NCBI GenBank assembly: GCA_963752475.1
Contig: CAVVYR010000008.1
Location: 96,001-160,000, forward strand
DNA from: an uncultured Chloroflexia bacterium
Lineage (GTDB): Bacteria; Chloroflexota; Limnocylindria; Limnocylindrales; CSP1-4
Direction of reading: 5' to 3'
Length of the DNA stretch: 64,000 nucleotides
A model generated the notes under the pieces. It saw only the letters and a program-made list of their open reading frames with translations, ran no database searches and was not told where the DNA came from. A program made the position numbers and the translations under genes. This document shows, in pieces, positions 10,211 through 20,414 of the stretch; the stretch's first letter is position 1; each line of letters starts with the position of its first letter.

Positions 10211-11142
10211 CGGGGCGGCTCCAGCCCGGCCATGCGCCAAGCGTCGGCGGGCTCGTCCGGACCGGTGAAGGTGTCGATCGTGGTGGTGCACAGCGCACCC
10301 ATGGCTGCACCCATGCGCGCCGAGTCCTCGGCCCCGAACCCGTGGATCAGCGCCGTCAGCACGCCGCCGGTGAACGAGTCACCGGCGCCAGTCGTATCGA
10401 TCGTGTCCACCTTGAAGGCCGGGATGTGACCGACGAAGTCATCGTGGTTCACCCAGGCGCCGTTCGGGCCGTCGGTGACGACGGCGAAGCCGACACCCAG
10501 CTCACGCAGTCGGGCGGCTGCCGCCGCGGGGTCGGACAGGCCGGTGATGCCCTCAGCCTCAGGGAGGCTGGGGATGAACAGATCCGTGAATGGCATGGCC
10601 GCCAGCACGCGGCCCCACTGGGCCGTGGAGTCGTGAACCACGTCGAGGCTGGTGTGGATCCCCTTGGCCTTGGCACGCTCGAAGAGCCCGGCCAGCGGTG
10701 CCCCGTCGGGATCATCGAGCGAAGGCATGATGAGGGCGCCGCCCACGTGCAGGAAGTCACTCGTCATCAACGGCTCGATGTCCTCTGCGGTGATGTCGCC
10801 GTCAGCACCGATGTTGTGCAGCATCGTGCGCTCACCGTCCTTGTCGACGGCGACCAATGAGGTCGAGGTCGGCTTGGCCGAGGCCACGAACCGCACGTCA
10901 AGATGCGGAGCCGGCACGCTCTCACGCAGCCAGCGTCCGAAGACATCGTCACCTGCGGGGATGATCAACCGCGTCTCGATGCCCATGCCCGCGAGCACTC
11001 GACCGGTCCGCAGCGCGGGACCGCCTTCAGCGGTGGAGAACGTGTCGACCAGGCCCAACACCCCGATGGGGAGCGGGCCGGCGGCCTTGGCCAGCACGTC
11101 GAAGGTCGCGCTACCGGCACATGTGATCTGGATCTGGCTCAT
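10207..11142 (-). CDS. PfkB family carbohydrate kinase
   Basis: [10 protein letters not shown] and DTTGAGDSF signatures. Confidence 0.92.
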   Translation of the reverse strand: MSQIQITCAGSATFDVLAKAAGPLPIGVLGLVDTFSTAEGGPALRTGRVLAGMGIETRLIIPAGDDVFGRWLRESVPAPHLDVRFVASAKPTSTSLVAVDKDGERTMLHNIGADGDITAEDIEPLMTSDFLHVGGALIMPSLDDPDGAPLAGLFERAKAKGIHTSLDVVHDSTAQWGRVLAAMPFTDLFIPSLPEAEGITGLSDPAAAAARLRELGVGFAVVTDGPNGAWVNHDDFVGHIPAFKVDTIDTTGAGDSFTGGVLTALIHGFGAEDSARMGAAMGALCTTTIDTFTGPDEPADAWRMAGLEPPR

Positions 11143-11346
11143 GGGTCGATGATAGGGCGCCCATGGGAACGTCTTCACGTGCGCTCGCCGGCGGTACCAA
11201 GAGGCGGTTCGTGGCAGATAGGACTAGTACTGATGGGCCCCTCCCATCTGCCCTCCACTACACCGAACATGAGCCGAGCAAGCCCACCGTACGGGACCCG
11301 AACCGATTCGCATGCACCCTCACCGGCACGTGCACGAGCTCGCGCG

Positions 11347-13947
11347 ATGACCGAACCACGCCTCTGCCCCAGCTGCCAGCGGGAGAACGCGCCCGACGCG
11401 CTGTTCTGCGTTGCCTGTGATGCGATGCTGCCGCTCGAGAGTGCGACGATGCACTCCCCGGCCAACCAGACGGGTCCGACCGAGACCGTCCTGCGCTGCC
11501 CCAACTGCCTCACGCGCAACTCCATGGACCAGGTCTACTGCTGGCGCTGCCTGCACGAACTGCACTCGACCGATGCGCTCGAGGACACTTCGCCGCGTCC
11601 GCTGACGGCGGCCTTGGCGAAGGCGTCGGACTCTGCTCCGGCCGAGCCGGCATCGTCGCCGTTCGACCCGACGCTCCAACCGGTCAGTGCCGACGAGGAT
11701 GCACCCAAGAGCTCGGAGGAGCCCGAGGTCGCACCGCCGATCGCCGCGTCGGTAGAGGTCGAGTCGGATGACCAGCCCGAGCCCTTCGTCATCCCGGCGC
11801 CCGTTGAGCGGCCGAGTGATGTGACGCTGATGCCGACGTTCACCGCTGCCTCGGCCATCGAGCGCGATCGGCACCAGCAGCGTCGCGTGCGCCTGGGAGC
11901 TGCTGCCTCGGTCGTTGCGCTGGCCGCTGTGGGAGTCTTCACGGCCGCGTTCATGTTCGGCTCGGGAGACGACAGCGCACCGCTCACGGCTGAGGCCACG
12001 GCCACGCCGCGCGTGGAGCCCACGCTCGAAGTCGTCGAGCCCGAGGGTTCGACGGTGCCAGTGGCCGCGAAGATCGATCCTGATCTGCTGACCGCCGCAG
12101 CCGAGTCCCCGACACCGGAGCCGACGCCCGAGCCGACGCCCGAGCCGACGCCCGAGCCGACACCGGAGCCGACGCCCGAGCCGACGCCCGAGCCGACGCC
12201 GGAGCCCACGCCCGAGCCGACGCCCGAGCCGACGCCCGAGCCCACGCCGGAGCCGACGCCCGAGCCGACGCCCGAGCCCACGCCGGAGCCCACGCCGGAG
12301 CCCACGCCGGAGCCGACGCCGGAGCCGACGCCCGAGCCCACGCCCGAGCCGACGCCGGAGCCGACGCCGGAGCCGACGCCGGAGCCGACGCCCGAGCCCA
12401 CGCCCGAGCCGACGCCGGAGCCCACGCCGGAGCCGACGCCGGAGCCCACGCCCGAGCCCACGCCGGAGCCGACGCCGGAGCCGACGCCCGAGCCGACGCC
12501 GGAGCCGACGCCGGAGCCCACGCCGGAGCCCACGCCGGAGCCCACGCCCGAGCCCACGCCCGAGCCGACGCCGGAGCCCACGCCCGAGCCGACGCCGGAG
12601 CCCACGCCCGAGCCGACGCCGGAGCCGACGCCGGAGCCCACGCCGGAGCCCACGCCGGAGCCCACGCCGGAGCCCACGCCCGAGCCCACGCCCGAGCCGA
12701 CACCGGAGCCCACGCCGGAGCCCACGCCGGAGCCCACGCCCGAGCCGACGCCGGAGCCGACGCCGGAGCCCACGCCGGAGCCCACGCCCGAGCCCACGCC
12801 GGAGCCCACGCCGGAGCCCACGCCCGAGCCCACGCCGGAGCCCACGCCCGAGCCCACGCCGGAGCCCACGCCCGAGCCCACGCCCGAGCCCACGCCGGAG
12901 CCCACGCCCGAGCCCACGCCGGAGCCGACGCCGGAGCCGACGCCCGAGCCCACGCCCGAGCCGACCGAAGAACCCGTCACCACGTTGGCCAACGCAGCGC
13001 TCACGTGCGAAGCAGCGCTGACCACGTCAGCCGACGTGCAGGCCGGCGTGACCGACTCGCAGCTGTGCCAGCCCACCGACGAAGCCATCGGTCAACTCAC
13101 ACTCCAGACCTTCGCCGATACCGGCGGCCTCCGCGAGGCTTGGCAAGCCGACGCTGACGCCACGGCTGACCTGACGATCGACGAGGCCATCTGTGAGAAC
13201 GCCACACCTGGCGCCGACAAGTGGGGCTACGGCAACCTCCTCTGCGGCGTCAGCAACGACGGGACTGCGCAGATCCGCTGGACCGACACCCGCAGCGACA
13301 CATTCGGCGTGGTCGAGAGCGCAACGGACGACCTGGCTGCACTGCATCAGTGGTGGCAGACCAACGCTCGCCCACTGGGACGACCTGAGCCCGGTTCGAC
13401 AAGCGACCAGAGCGACACCACGACGGCCACGCCGACATCGGCACCTGGAAGGCTCGTGCGCGTCCCGGGCAAGCCCAAGAACGCCACCTGCGCGACCTCG
13501 GTCGATCCCATCCTCGACGAGTGGGACCGGACCTGGAATATCACCACGGTCGACTTCCAGAACAAGAACGGCTACGAACGGGTCGTGATCAACCTGGAGC
13601 GCAGCGGCAAAAATCGCTCAACTACACCGACCAGGACGACCGTCAGGCGGATGACCGTGGGTAACATCCGCAACTCCCAACCCAAGGCTCCGACCCCGAC
13701 GAAGGGCAAGCTCGCCATCGTGCTCGACATCGACGGCATCAAGGACTCGCCCACGCTCTACAACTTCGAGCCCAGCAGCCTCGACTACATGCGGCAGCTC
13801 TCGATCTTCAGGAGCAACGGCGGCTATGCCGCAGTGATCACGACACCATCAGCCATCTGCTACCAAGTCCGCATCCCGGTCTGGAGCAACGCCGCCACCG
13901 GCAACGAGCGGTCAGCCGAGATCTACGTCGACCTCAAGCCTCGCTAG
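11347..13947 (+). CDS. Membrane-anchored surface protein: double zinc ribbon, TM helix, (PTPE)x71 stalk, two extracellular domains (last one AMIN-like)
   Basis: CPSC..CVAC and CPNC..CWRC ribbons; [25 protein letters not shown]; PT repeat; [10 protein letters not shown] near the C-terminus. Confidence 0.75.
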   Translation: MTEPRLCPSCQRENAPDALFCVACDAMLPLESATMHSPANQTGPTETVLRCPNCLTRNSMDQVYCWRCLHELHSTDALEDTSPRPLTAALAKASDSAPAEPASSPFDPTLQPVSADEDAPKSSEEPEVAPPIAASVEVESDDQPEPFVIPAPVERPSDVTLMPTFTAASAIERDRHQQRRVRLGAAASVVALAAVGVFTAAFMFGSGDDSAPLTAEATATPRVEPTLEVVEPEGSTVPVAAKIDPDLLTAAAESPTPEPTPEPTPEPTPEPTPEPTPEPTPEPTPEPTPEPTPEPTPEPTPEPTPEPTPEPTPEPTPEPTPEPTPEPTPEPTPEPTPEPTPEPTPEPTPEPTPEPTPEPTPEPTPEPTPEPTPEPTPEPTPEPTPEPTPEPTPEPTPEPTPEPTPEPTPEPTPEPTPEPTPEPTPEPTPEPTPEPTPEPTPEPTPEPTPEPTPEPTPEPTPEPTPEPTPEPTPEPTPEPTPEPTPEPTPEPTPEPTPEPTPEPTPEPTPEPTPEPTPEPTPEPTPEPTPEPTPEPTPEPTEEPVTTLANAALTCEAALTTSADVQAGVTDSQLCQPTDEAIGQLTLQTFADTGGLREAWQADADATADLTIDEAICENATPGADKWGYGNLLCGVSNDGTAQIRWTDTRSDTFGVVESATDDLAALHQWWQTNARPLGRPEPGSTSDQSDTTTATPTSAPGRLVRVPGKPKNATCATSVDPILDEWDRTWNITTVDFQNKNGYERVVINLERSGKNRSTTPTRTTVRRMTVGNIRNSQPKAPTPTKGKLAIVLDIDGIKDSPTLYNFEPSSLDYMRQLSIFRSNGGYAAVITTPSAICYQVRIPVWSNAATGNERSAEIYVDLKPR
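12109..12960 (+). repeat. 12-bp tandem repeat x71 (CCS ACR CCS GAG) encoding PTPE
   Basis: 852 bp / 12 = 71 units; only synonymous variation between units. Confidence 0.95.
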
Positions 13948-13950
13948 CGC

Positions 13951-15459
13951 CTACAGCTGCCGGGTGATCGGCGCGACCGCCGGGTAGACCTCTCGATAGC
14001 GTTCGTACAGTTCCGAGTAGGCCGCATGGCGCTTGGCGTCGGGCTCGAATGTGCGGGTCAGCTCGAGGAACCGCTCGGCTCCTTCGGCTGCCGACGACCA
14101 CAGCCCGACACCGGCACCAGCCAGCAGCGCCGCACCGAAGGCCGCCGCCTCGGTGATACGCGGCGTGATGACGGGGATGCCCGTGATGTCCGCCTTCAGC
14201 TGCAACCACAGCTCGGAGCGCGCACCGCCGCCGATGGCTCGCAGCACATCGATGGCCACTCCCCCATCGCGCAACAGATCGAGGTTCAGCCGCAACTCGT
14301 AGGTCAGGCCCTCGAGGATGGCTTTGGCCAGGTCCGTCCGCGTCGTCGAGAAGGTGAGTCCAAGGATGGCGCCCTTCGACGCCGTGTCGAAGGTAGGCGT
14401 GCCAGCGCCCGCGAAGTGCGGCAGTACGAGCAGCCCCGTCGGATCGGCCGCCGCCCCACCCAGGATCAGGTCGTAGGCATCGTCGCCTGACTCGGTCGCT
14501 CGCGCCACTTGCGGTTCGCAGAAGCCGTCCCGGAACCAGCGCAGCGCCAGCCCGCCACTGTGGTTGAGCGCCATCGCCAGGAACAGCTCCGGCACGGTCG
14601 CGCGGTAGACGCTGATGTTCCCCTCGTACAACGGCGTCGTGACCACCGGCGACCCGAGCGCCACCTCGACCACCTCGGCCGTGCCGGTCGAGACCATCGT
14701 CAGCCCCGGCTCCGTCAGCCCCACGCCCAGCGCGCCACAGGCCTGATCGTGACCACCGGTCACGATCCCGGGTGCCGCTGACAGTCTGAGTCGTTCGGTC
14801 AGCTCGCCGCTGAGCCGGCCGACCATCGTGCCCGAGGGCACGACCTCGGCAAGACGGTCGGGCTCGAGCTCCAGGACGTCGAGGATCTCGGCCGACCAGC
14901 TCCCCGCCTCCAAGTCGAACGCCTGCGTCCGTGACGCGAGACAGGAGCTGATGGCGGGCTTGCCGGTCATGCGCGCGATGAGGAAGTCCTCGACCAGCAG
15001 GAAGCGATCGGCCGCAGCCCATACGTCCGGCTCGTGCTCGCGGATCCAGAGCAGCTTGGGCAGCGTGTTGACGGTGTGGATGGGCATGCCCGTGCGCTCG
15101 AACAGCGCCTGCGCCCCAAACCGCTCGCGCAGCCAGGCGTTCTGGGCGTCGGTGCGCGTGTCCATGCCCAGGATCGTCGGGCGCAGCGGCCGCAACGAGG
15201 CGTCGACCGGCGTCACCGCCTCGCCATGGACGGAGAGCCCGATGGCGGCCACCTCACGCACAGCAGCAGCGGCGATCGCCTCCTCCATCGACGCGAGCGC
15301 CAGATCCCAGACGGCCTCGATGTCCTGTTCCGCCCAGCTCGGATGCGGCAGGTCCACGGGATACTCTCGCGACGCTGCCGCCAGGAGCGACCCGTCCTCG
15401 TCGAAGACGACGGCCTTGCAGCCGGTAGTGCCGACGTCGAGCCCGATGAGTGAGCTCAA
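13951..15459 (-). CDS. FGGY family carbohydrate kinase (xylulokinase-like)
   Basis: IGLDVGTTGCK, GGHDQACGALG, STGT, AILEG and GGGARS motifs. Confidence 0.92.
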   Translation of the reverse strand: MSSLIGLDVGTTGCKAVVFDEDGSLLAAASREYPVDLPHPSWAEQDIEAVWDLALASMEEAIAAAAVREVAAIGLSVHGEAVTPVDASLRPLRPTILGMDTRTDAQNAWLRERFGAQALFERTGMPIHTVNTLPKLLWIREHEPDVWAAADRFLLVEDFLIARMTGKPAISSCLASRTQAFDLEAGSWSAEILDVLELEPDRLAEVVPSGTMVGRLSGELTERLRLSAAPGIVTGGHDQACGALGVGLTEPGLTMVSTGTAEVVEVALGSPVVTTPLYEGNISVYRATVPELFLAMALNHSGGLALRWFRDGFCEPQVARATESGDDAYDLILGGAAADPTGLLVLPHFAGAGTPTFDTASKGAILGLTFSTTRTDLAKAILEGLTYELRLNLDLLRDGGVAIDVLRAIGGGARSELWLQLKADITGIPVITPRITEAAAFGAALLAGAGVGLWSSAAEGAERFLELTRTFEPDAKRHAAYSELYERYREVYPAVAPITRQL

Positions 15460-16595
15460 ACCGCGACCGCTCCGTGTGCAAGCGCCGCCTGGTACATGAC
15501 CTCGATACGGTCAGGTGAGACGTCCGGCTGGATGTTGTGGGCGGCGCAGAACACGTAGCCACCGCCACGACCCAGCGTCTCGATGCTGTAGTCGACCTCG
15601 CGCCTGATCTCGTCGTGCGTCGCGGTCGGCAGCACCTGCTGCACGTCGATGCCGCCACCCCAGAAGGCCAGCTCGGAGCCGAACTGCTGCTTCATCTGCG
15701 CGATGTCCATCTTGGCCGCGCTGCGCTGGATGGGGTTGAGCGCATCGACGCCGCACTCGATGAGGTCCGGGATCAGATCGAAGACCGAGCCGCACGAGTG
15801 CATGAAGACCTTCGCGTCGGTCTTGGAGTGGATGAAATCGTAGAGCTCCTTGAGGTACGGCTTGACGTCCTTGCGGAACATCTCAGGCGCTGTCCAGGTG
15901 GCCTTCTGCGTGCCCAGGTCGTCTCCCTGGGCCACCACCTGCACGTACGGTTCCACCTGCTGCAGGAAGAGGTCCCACAGCTGGATATCCGTCTGGGTGA
16001 TCTTGTCGAGGATGGCGTGGGCCATGTCACGGTTCCAGTAGAGGTCCATGCAGAACTGCTCATAGCCGCGCATGAAGCAGGCGCCCTCGAACGGACCCAG
16101 GCACATGATGTCGGCCACGACGGCGTAGTCGGTCTCCTCGTACAGCCGCTTCGCGTCCTCGCGCACTCCGGCCACTCGGCCGGGGTCGTACGGATCGGGC
16201 CACTGCACCGAATCGAGGTCGCTGGGTCGCTCCAGATCGGCAAAGGGCCGTTCGACCACGTCGTAGTAGAACGAGGCCTTCTGCCAGGTCAGGTCGTACT
16301 CGTCGACGAAGCGGTCGCCGGGCAACTCCCTGGTCTCGAAGGCCCAGGGGCCCTTGAGGTACACGGCCCGAGCGTCCACGTCGTAGCGCTGGAGCAGGTC
16401 CCCGCGCGGGTAGACGGTGTCCATCTGGCGGTGGGAGATGTCGGGCTCGGGATCGGGCGGCAGGCCCAGGTGCTCGAGCAGGTTCTGATAGGCGATGCGG
16501 GTGGCTGTCGTGACGATGGTCGAACCGAGGTCGATCGGCACCCGATCGGTCTGCTGATGGTTCAGCGCAGCCACGACACGCTCTCGGTGATTCAC
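15456..16595 (-). CDS. Uroporphyrinogen decarboxylase / MtaA-CmuA methyltransferase superfamily protein
   Basis: RERVVAALNH..DRVPIDLG, GDDLG, FMHSCG, FWGGGID and HNIQPDV motifs. Confidence 0.85.
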   Translation of the reverse strand: MNHRERVVAALNHQQTDRVPIDLGSTIVTTATRIAYQNLLEHLGLPPDPEPDISHRQMDTVYPRGDLLQRYDVDARAVYLKGPWAFETRELPGDRFVDEYDLTWQKASFYYDVVERPFADLERPSDLDSVQWPDPYDPGRVAGVREDAKRLYEETDYAVVADIMCLGPFEGACFMRGYEQFCMDLYWNRDMAHAILDKITQTDIQLWDLFLQQVEPYVQVVAQGDDLGTQKATWTAPEMFRKDVKPYLKELYDFIHSKTDAKVFMHSCGSVFDLIPDLIECGVDALNPIQRSAAKMDIAQMKQQFGSELAFWGGGIDVQQVLPTATHDEIRREVDYSIETLGRGGGYVFCAAHNIQPDVSPDRIEVMYQAALAHGAVAV

Positions 16596-16646
16596 GTCAC
16601 TCCTCCTCGAGTGCTCGCTTTCCCTCTCGACCCGCCCGCGCCGCCG

Positions 16647-17666
16647 TTAGGACGGTGCGGGCGCGGGTTTCGCTTCTGGTGGGCCCGAATCCCCCTTGTC
16701 GACGCGGATGTTGCGACGCTCCAGGCGGGTGATGAGGCGCATGCGCTGGGCGTCCACGAGGACCGCGAAGAAGATGACCGCCGCTGCGACCATGTCCTGC
16801 AGATAGATGTCGATCTGCAGGTAGACCAGGCCGGTATTGATCATCTGCACCAGCAGTACGCCGATGACGGTGCCGGGGAAGACCGCGCCCACGCCACCGA
16901 AGAGGCTGGTACCGCCGAGCACGGCGGCGGCGATGGCCCGGAACTCGGTACCCTCGCCGATACCAGCGCTCACGCTGCCCTGCTGGCTCATGGCGATGAC
17001 GCCGGCCAACGAGGCACAGAAGCCGCTGATGACGTAGACCGAGCCGGTCAGGCGGATGACGTTGAGACCGGCCTTCTTGGCCGCCTCGAGGTCGTTGCCC
17101 ATGGCGTAGATCTGGCGGCCCATGGCCGTGTAGCGCAGGAAGACCACGGCCACCGCCACGACCACGGCGAAGACCCAGATCGGAACCGGGATGCCCAGGA
17201 AGTCCACGTTGGCGTAGTTCATCTCCGGCGGCAGGATGAACTGGCGCGATTCGGTCAGCAGCAGGCCGATGCCACGCCCGACGGTGAGGGTAGCGAGGGT
17301 GGCCACGAATGGCACCAGGCCAACCTTGGCGATGAGGAAGGCGTTGACGAAGCCCCAGGCGGTGCCGGCCACGATGCCGCAGGGGATGGCGATGAAGTGC
17401 GAGACGTCCTGCTGCAGCAGGGTGCCGATGACGGCCGCGGTGATGTACATCGTGGCACCGACCGAGAGGTCGATACCACCAGTCAGCAGCACCACCGTCA
17501 TGCCCACCGCCAGCAGGCCTACGAAGGCCGCCGACTCGGTGATGTTGGAGAGGTTGCCCAGCGACAGGAATCGCTCGTCGAGCACACTCAGCAACACGAA
17601 CACGACGACGAACAAGATCGCCGGGAAGTTGCGCAGGATCGGCATGGTGAAGCGGTTGCTGGTCAT
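16647..17666 (-). CDS. Monosaccharide ABC transporter permease (RbsC-like)
   Basis: GGIDLSVG, PFVATL, GRQIYAMGND and IAAAVLGGTSLFGG motifs. Confidence 0.92.
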   Translation of the reverse strand: MTSNRFTMPILRNFPAILFVVVFVLLSVLDERFLSLGNLSNITESAAFVGLLAVGMTVVLLTGGIDLSVGATMYITAAVIGTLLQQDVSHFIAIPCGIVAGTAWGFVNAFLIAKVGLVPFVATLATLTVGRGIGLLLTESRQFILPPEMNYANVDFLGIPVPIWVFAVVVAVAVVFLRYTAMGRQIYAMGNDLEAAKKAGLNVIRLTGSVYVISGFCASLAGVIAMSQQGSVSAGIGEGTEFRAIAAAVLGGTSLFGGVGAVFPGTVIGVLLVQMINTGLVYLQIDIYLQDMVAAAVIFFAVLVDAQRMRLITRLERRNIRVDKGDSGPPEAKPAPAPS

Positions 17667-19174
17667 GCCACCTGCTCCCTGAAGGCCGTGCGCAGGATGG
17701 CCTCCTGGTCGAAGTCGGCCCTGTCGAACGCGCCCAGGACCTCACCCTGGCCCATCACCAGGATGCGGTCACACATGCCCGTCAACTCCTCGATCTCCGA
17801 CGAGATGAAGAGCACTGCCGTACCCCTTGCCGCGATCTGGTCGATGATCTCGTAGATCTCGTACTTGGCACCCACGTCGACGCCACGGGTGGGCTCGTCG
17901 ATGATGAGGATGGAAGGCTCGGTCATGAGCCACTTGCCCAGGACCACCTTCTGCTGGTTGCCGCCCGAGAGGCCCTTGGCCTCGTTGCGGAAGGCGTCGT
18001 TGACCTTGATCGAGAGGACCTCGACGGTCTCCTTGACGGCCTTGGCCACCTGGCTCGTTTTGATGCGCTTGACCCAGCGGCTCGTGTACTCGGGCAGGGC
18101 CGCGAGGGACAGGTTGTCGGAGACCATGGCCTCCATCATCAGGCCCTCCTCGCGCCGGTTCTCGGTCACGAAGGCCATCCCGCCGCGGATGTTCGAGCCG
18201 GGGGACAACTGCTTGACGGGCTGGCCGTCGATCAGCACCTCGCCCTCGTCGAAATCCTCCAGGCCGAAGATGATCTGGGCCAGCTCCGAGCGACCCGAGC
18301 CCATGAGGCCGAAGACGCCCAGGACCTCGCCCTTGTGCAGCTGAAGGTCGATCTGGTGGCTGATGCCGGCCTTGGACAGGTTCCGGACCTCCAGCATGAG
18401 GTCCTCGGTCGGCGGAGCCGAGCGCTCGGGATAGAGGTTCTCGATGTCGCGGCCGACCATCGAGCTGATCATGCGGTCGACGGTGAACTCGTCCTTGGGG
18501 CCGTGGGTCACGAGGCTGCCGTCGCGCAGGACGGCGATGGCGTCGGAGATCCGCATGACGTCGCCGAGGATGTGACTGATGTAGATGATCGTCTTGCCGT
18601 CGTCGTGGAGCCGGCCGATGAGCTCGAAGAGTCGCTCGGTCTCACGCGCGGTCAGTGACGTCGTGGGCTCATCGAAGATGATGATGCCCGCGTCCATGGA
18701 GAGCGCCTTGGCCACCTCCACCAGCTGTCGCTCGCCCGGAGTCAGGCGCTCCACGCGCATATCTGGCGAGACCTCGAGATCCACCTGGCCAAGGAACTCG
18801 CGGGCCCGGTTGCTGAGGTCTCGTCGATTGAGCAGGGGCAGGCCGCCAGTGGTCGGGAAGTCGTTGATGAAGAAGTTCTCGGCGATGGTCAGGTTGGTGA
18901 AGAGGTTCAGCTCCTGGTGGATGAAGGCGATGCCGGCCTCGTCGGCGACCTTGGGGTCGTGTGGCCGGTAGGCCTCGCCGTTGAGCAGCATCTGCCCCGA
19001 CGTGGGCGGCACCACCCCGCCGAGGATGTTCATCAGCGTCGACTTGCCGGCCCCGTTCTCGCCCACCAGGCCGACCGTCGTGCCTCGCTCGATGTCCAGG
19101 TCGATGGCCTTGAGCACCGGCACGCCGAAGAACGACTTGTGGATGTCCTTGAACTGCAGGATCAGATCACTCAT
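17663..19174 (-). CDS. Monosaccharide ABC transporter ATP-binding protein (RbsA-like, two NBDs)
   Basis: GENGAGKST, FDEPT, LSGGNQQK and DEPTRGVDVGAK motifs. Confidence 0.95.
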   Translation of the reverse strand: MSDLILQFKDIHKSFFGVPVLKAIDLDIERGTTVGLVGENGAGKSTLMNILGGVVPPTSGQMLLNGEAYRPHDPKVADEAGIAFIHQELNLFTNLTIAENFFINDFPTTGGLPLLNRRDLSNRAREFLGQVDLEVSPDMRVERLTPGERQLVEVAKALSMDAGIIIFDEPTTSLTARETERLFELIGRLHDDGKTIIYISHILGDVMRISDAIAVLRDGSLVTHGPKDEFTVDRMISSMVGRDIENLYPERSAPPTEDLMLEVRNLSKAGISHQIDLQLHKGEVLGVFGLMGSGRSELAQIIFGLEDFDEGEVLIDGQPVKQLSPGSNIRGGMAFVTENRREEGLMMEAMVSDNLSLAALPEYTSRWVKRIKTSQVAKAVKETVEVLSIKVNDAFRNEAKGLSGGNQQKVVLGKWLMTEPSILIIDEPTRGVDVGAKYEIYEIIDQIAARGTAVLFISSEIEELTGMCDRILVMGQGEVLGAFDRADFDQEAILRTAFREQVA

Positions 19175-19183
19175 GGTCGCCCC

Positions 19184-20278
19184 CTACACCTGCTGCAGCG
19201 CAAGGCGCCGGCGCACGACATCGAGCAGTGCAGCCAGCAGGATGACCGAGCCCTTGACGATGCCGATGTAGAAGTACGGCACGTTGAGCAGAGATAGCGC
19301 GTTGTTCAGCAAGATCAGGAAGACGACGCCGAAGAAGGTCCACATGATCTTGCCGCGACCACCGGCCAGGCTGGTGCCGCCGATGACGACCGCGGCGATG
19401 ATGTCGAGCAACAGCGTCTCGCCCATGGTCGGGCGGCCCTGCTCGACCCGGGCCGTGTAGATGACCGAGGCCGCAGCCGCGCAGAAGCTGCTGAACATGT
19501 AAGTGGCGACGATCACCTTCTTGACCGGCACGCCCGAGACGACGGCCGCACGCGGGTTGTTGCCGATGCCGTAGAGCCAGCGTCCGAATAACCCGCGGCT
19601 CAGCACGTAGTGCGCCACGACGGCGATGCTGATGGCGATGACCATGGCGATCGAGAAGAACGTGAAATCGTCGTTGAAGAACGCGAACTCCTCGCCGATG
19701 GCGCTGAAGGCGTCGGGCAGGTCGATGATGTTCTCGCTCTTGGTCAGGTAGATCGCGAGCGCGGCCACGAACATCGAGGTCACCAACGTGACCATGAACG
19801 GTGGGATCCGCGCGAAGGCGACGGCACTGCCGTTGAAGGCGCCGATGAGCAGGCCCACCAGGAGCATGGCGATGATGGCCACGGGGATGCCGATGACGGT
19901 ATCGCTGAGGATGGCTCCGTCCTCGAAGAGCATGGTCCCGAGGAGCGGGCTGCGCCTGAAGACGATGGGGTTCGCGGACTCCGCGATGAAGGCCGCGCCG
20001 ACGACGCTGGTCAGCGAGACGACCGCACCCTGCGAGAGGTCGATGCCGGCGATGATGAGCACGAAGGTCTGCCCTACCGCCAGCACCAGCAGCGGCCACA
20101 TATTGGAGAGCAGGTTGCCGATGTTGTAGGGCGTGGCCACGGTCGGTGAGACCAGGTACAGCCCGACGAACATGGCGATGCAGAGATAGAGGATCAGGAA
20201 CTCCGACATCAGGACGCGCTTGCTGAACGCGACAGCGCGATCGAGTGCGGAGTCCTGTGTCGGTGCTGCGGCCGTCAT
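19184..20278 (-). CDS. Monosaccharide ABC transporter permease
   Basis: AGIDLSQG, PPFMVTL and IAAVVIGGTSLAGG motifs. Confidence 0.92.
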   Translation of the reverse strand: MTAAAPTQDSALDRAVAFSKRVLMSEFLILYLCIAMFVGLYLVSPTVATPYNIGNLLSNMWPLLVLAVGQTFVLIIAGIDLSQGAVVSLTSVVGAAFIAESANPIVFRRSPLLGTMLFEDGAILSDTVIGIPVAIIAMLLVGLLIGAFNGSAVAFARIPPFMVTLVTSMFVAALAIYLTKSENIIDLPDAFSAIGEEFAFFNDDFTFFSIAMVIAISIAVVAHYVLSRGLFGRWLYGIGNNPRAAVVSGVPVKKVIVATYMFSSFCAAAASVIYTARVEQGRPTMGETLLLDIIAAVVIGGTSLAGGRGKIMWTFFGVVFLILLNNALSLLNVPYFYIGIVKGSVILLAALLDVVRRRLALQQV

Positions 20279-20414
20279 CCGTCGCGGCCTCTGCCGGTGG
20301 TCATCGCCTGGCTCATCGCGTCCTGTGTGAGGTGGTGGAAGTGGCGGGCCCCGTCAAGCGAGGCCCGCGGCGCGGAGGAGCGGATCGGCTCCGCCCCTCC
20401 CCGTCATGGATCGA

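Noticed and set aside
10903-11346. N-terminal extension of the 1014-aa ORF
   Set aside because: Overlaps the PfkB gene on the opposite strand; the zinc ribbon starts just after ATG 11347
12109-12960. Possible CRISPR array
   Set aside because: Contiguous 12-bp coding repeat without spacers; no cas genes in the window
11535-13088. 517-aa minus-strand (GSGV)n ORF and the (ARAS/APAW)n ORF
   Set aside because: Antisense shadows of the PTPE repeat; unit variation is synonymous for PTPE and the plus ORF has a coherent domain architecture
15456-16595. Calling this gene hemE
   Set aside because: Lacks the HemE N-terminal PVWxMRQAGR motif and has no tetrapyrrole gene context
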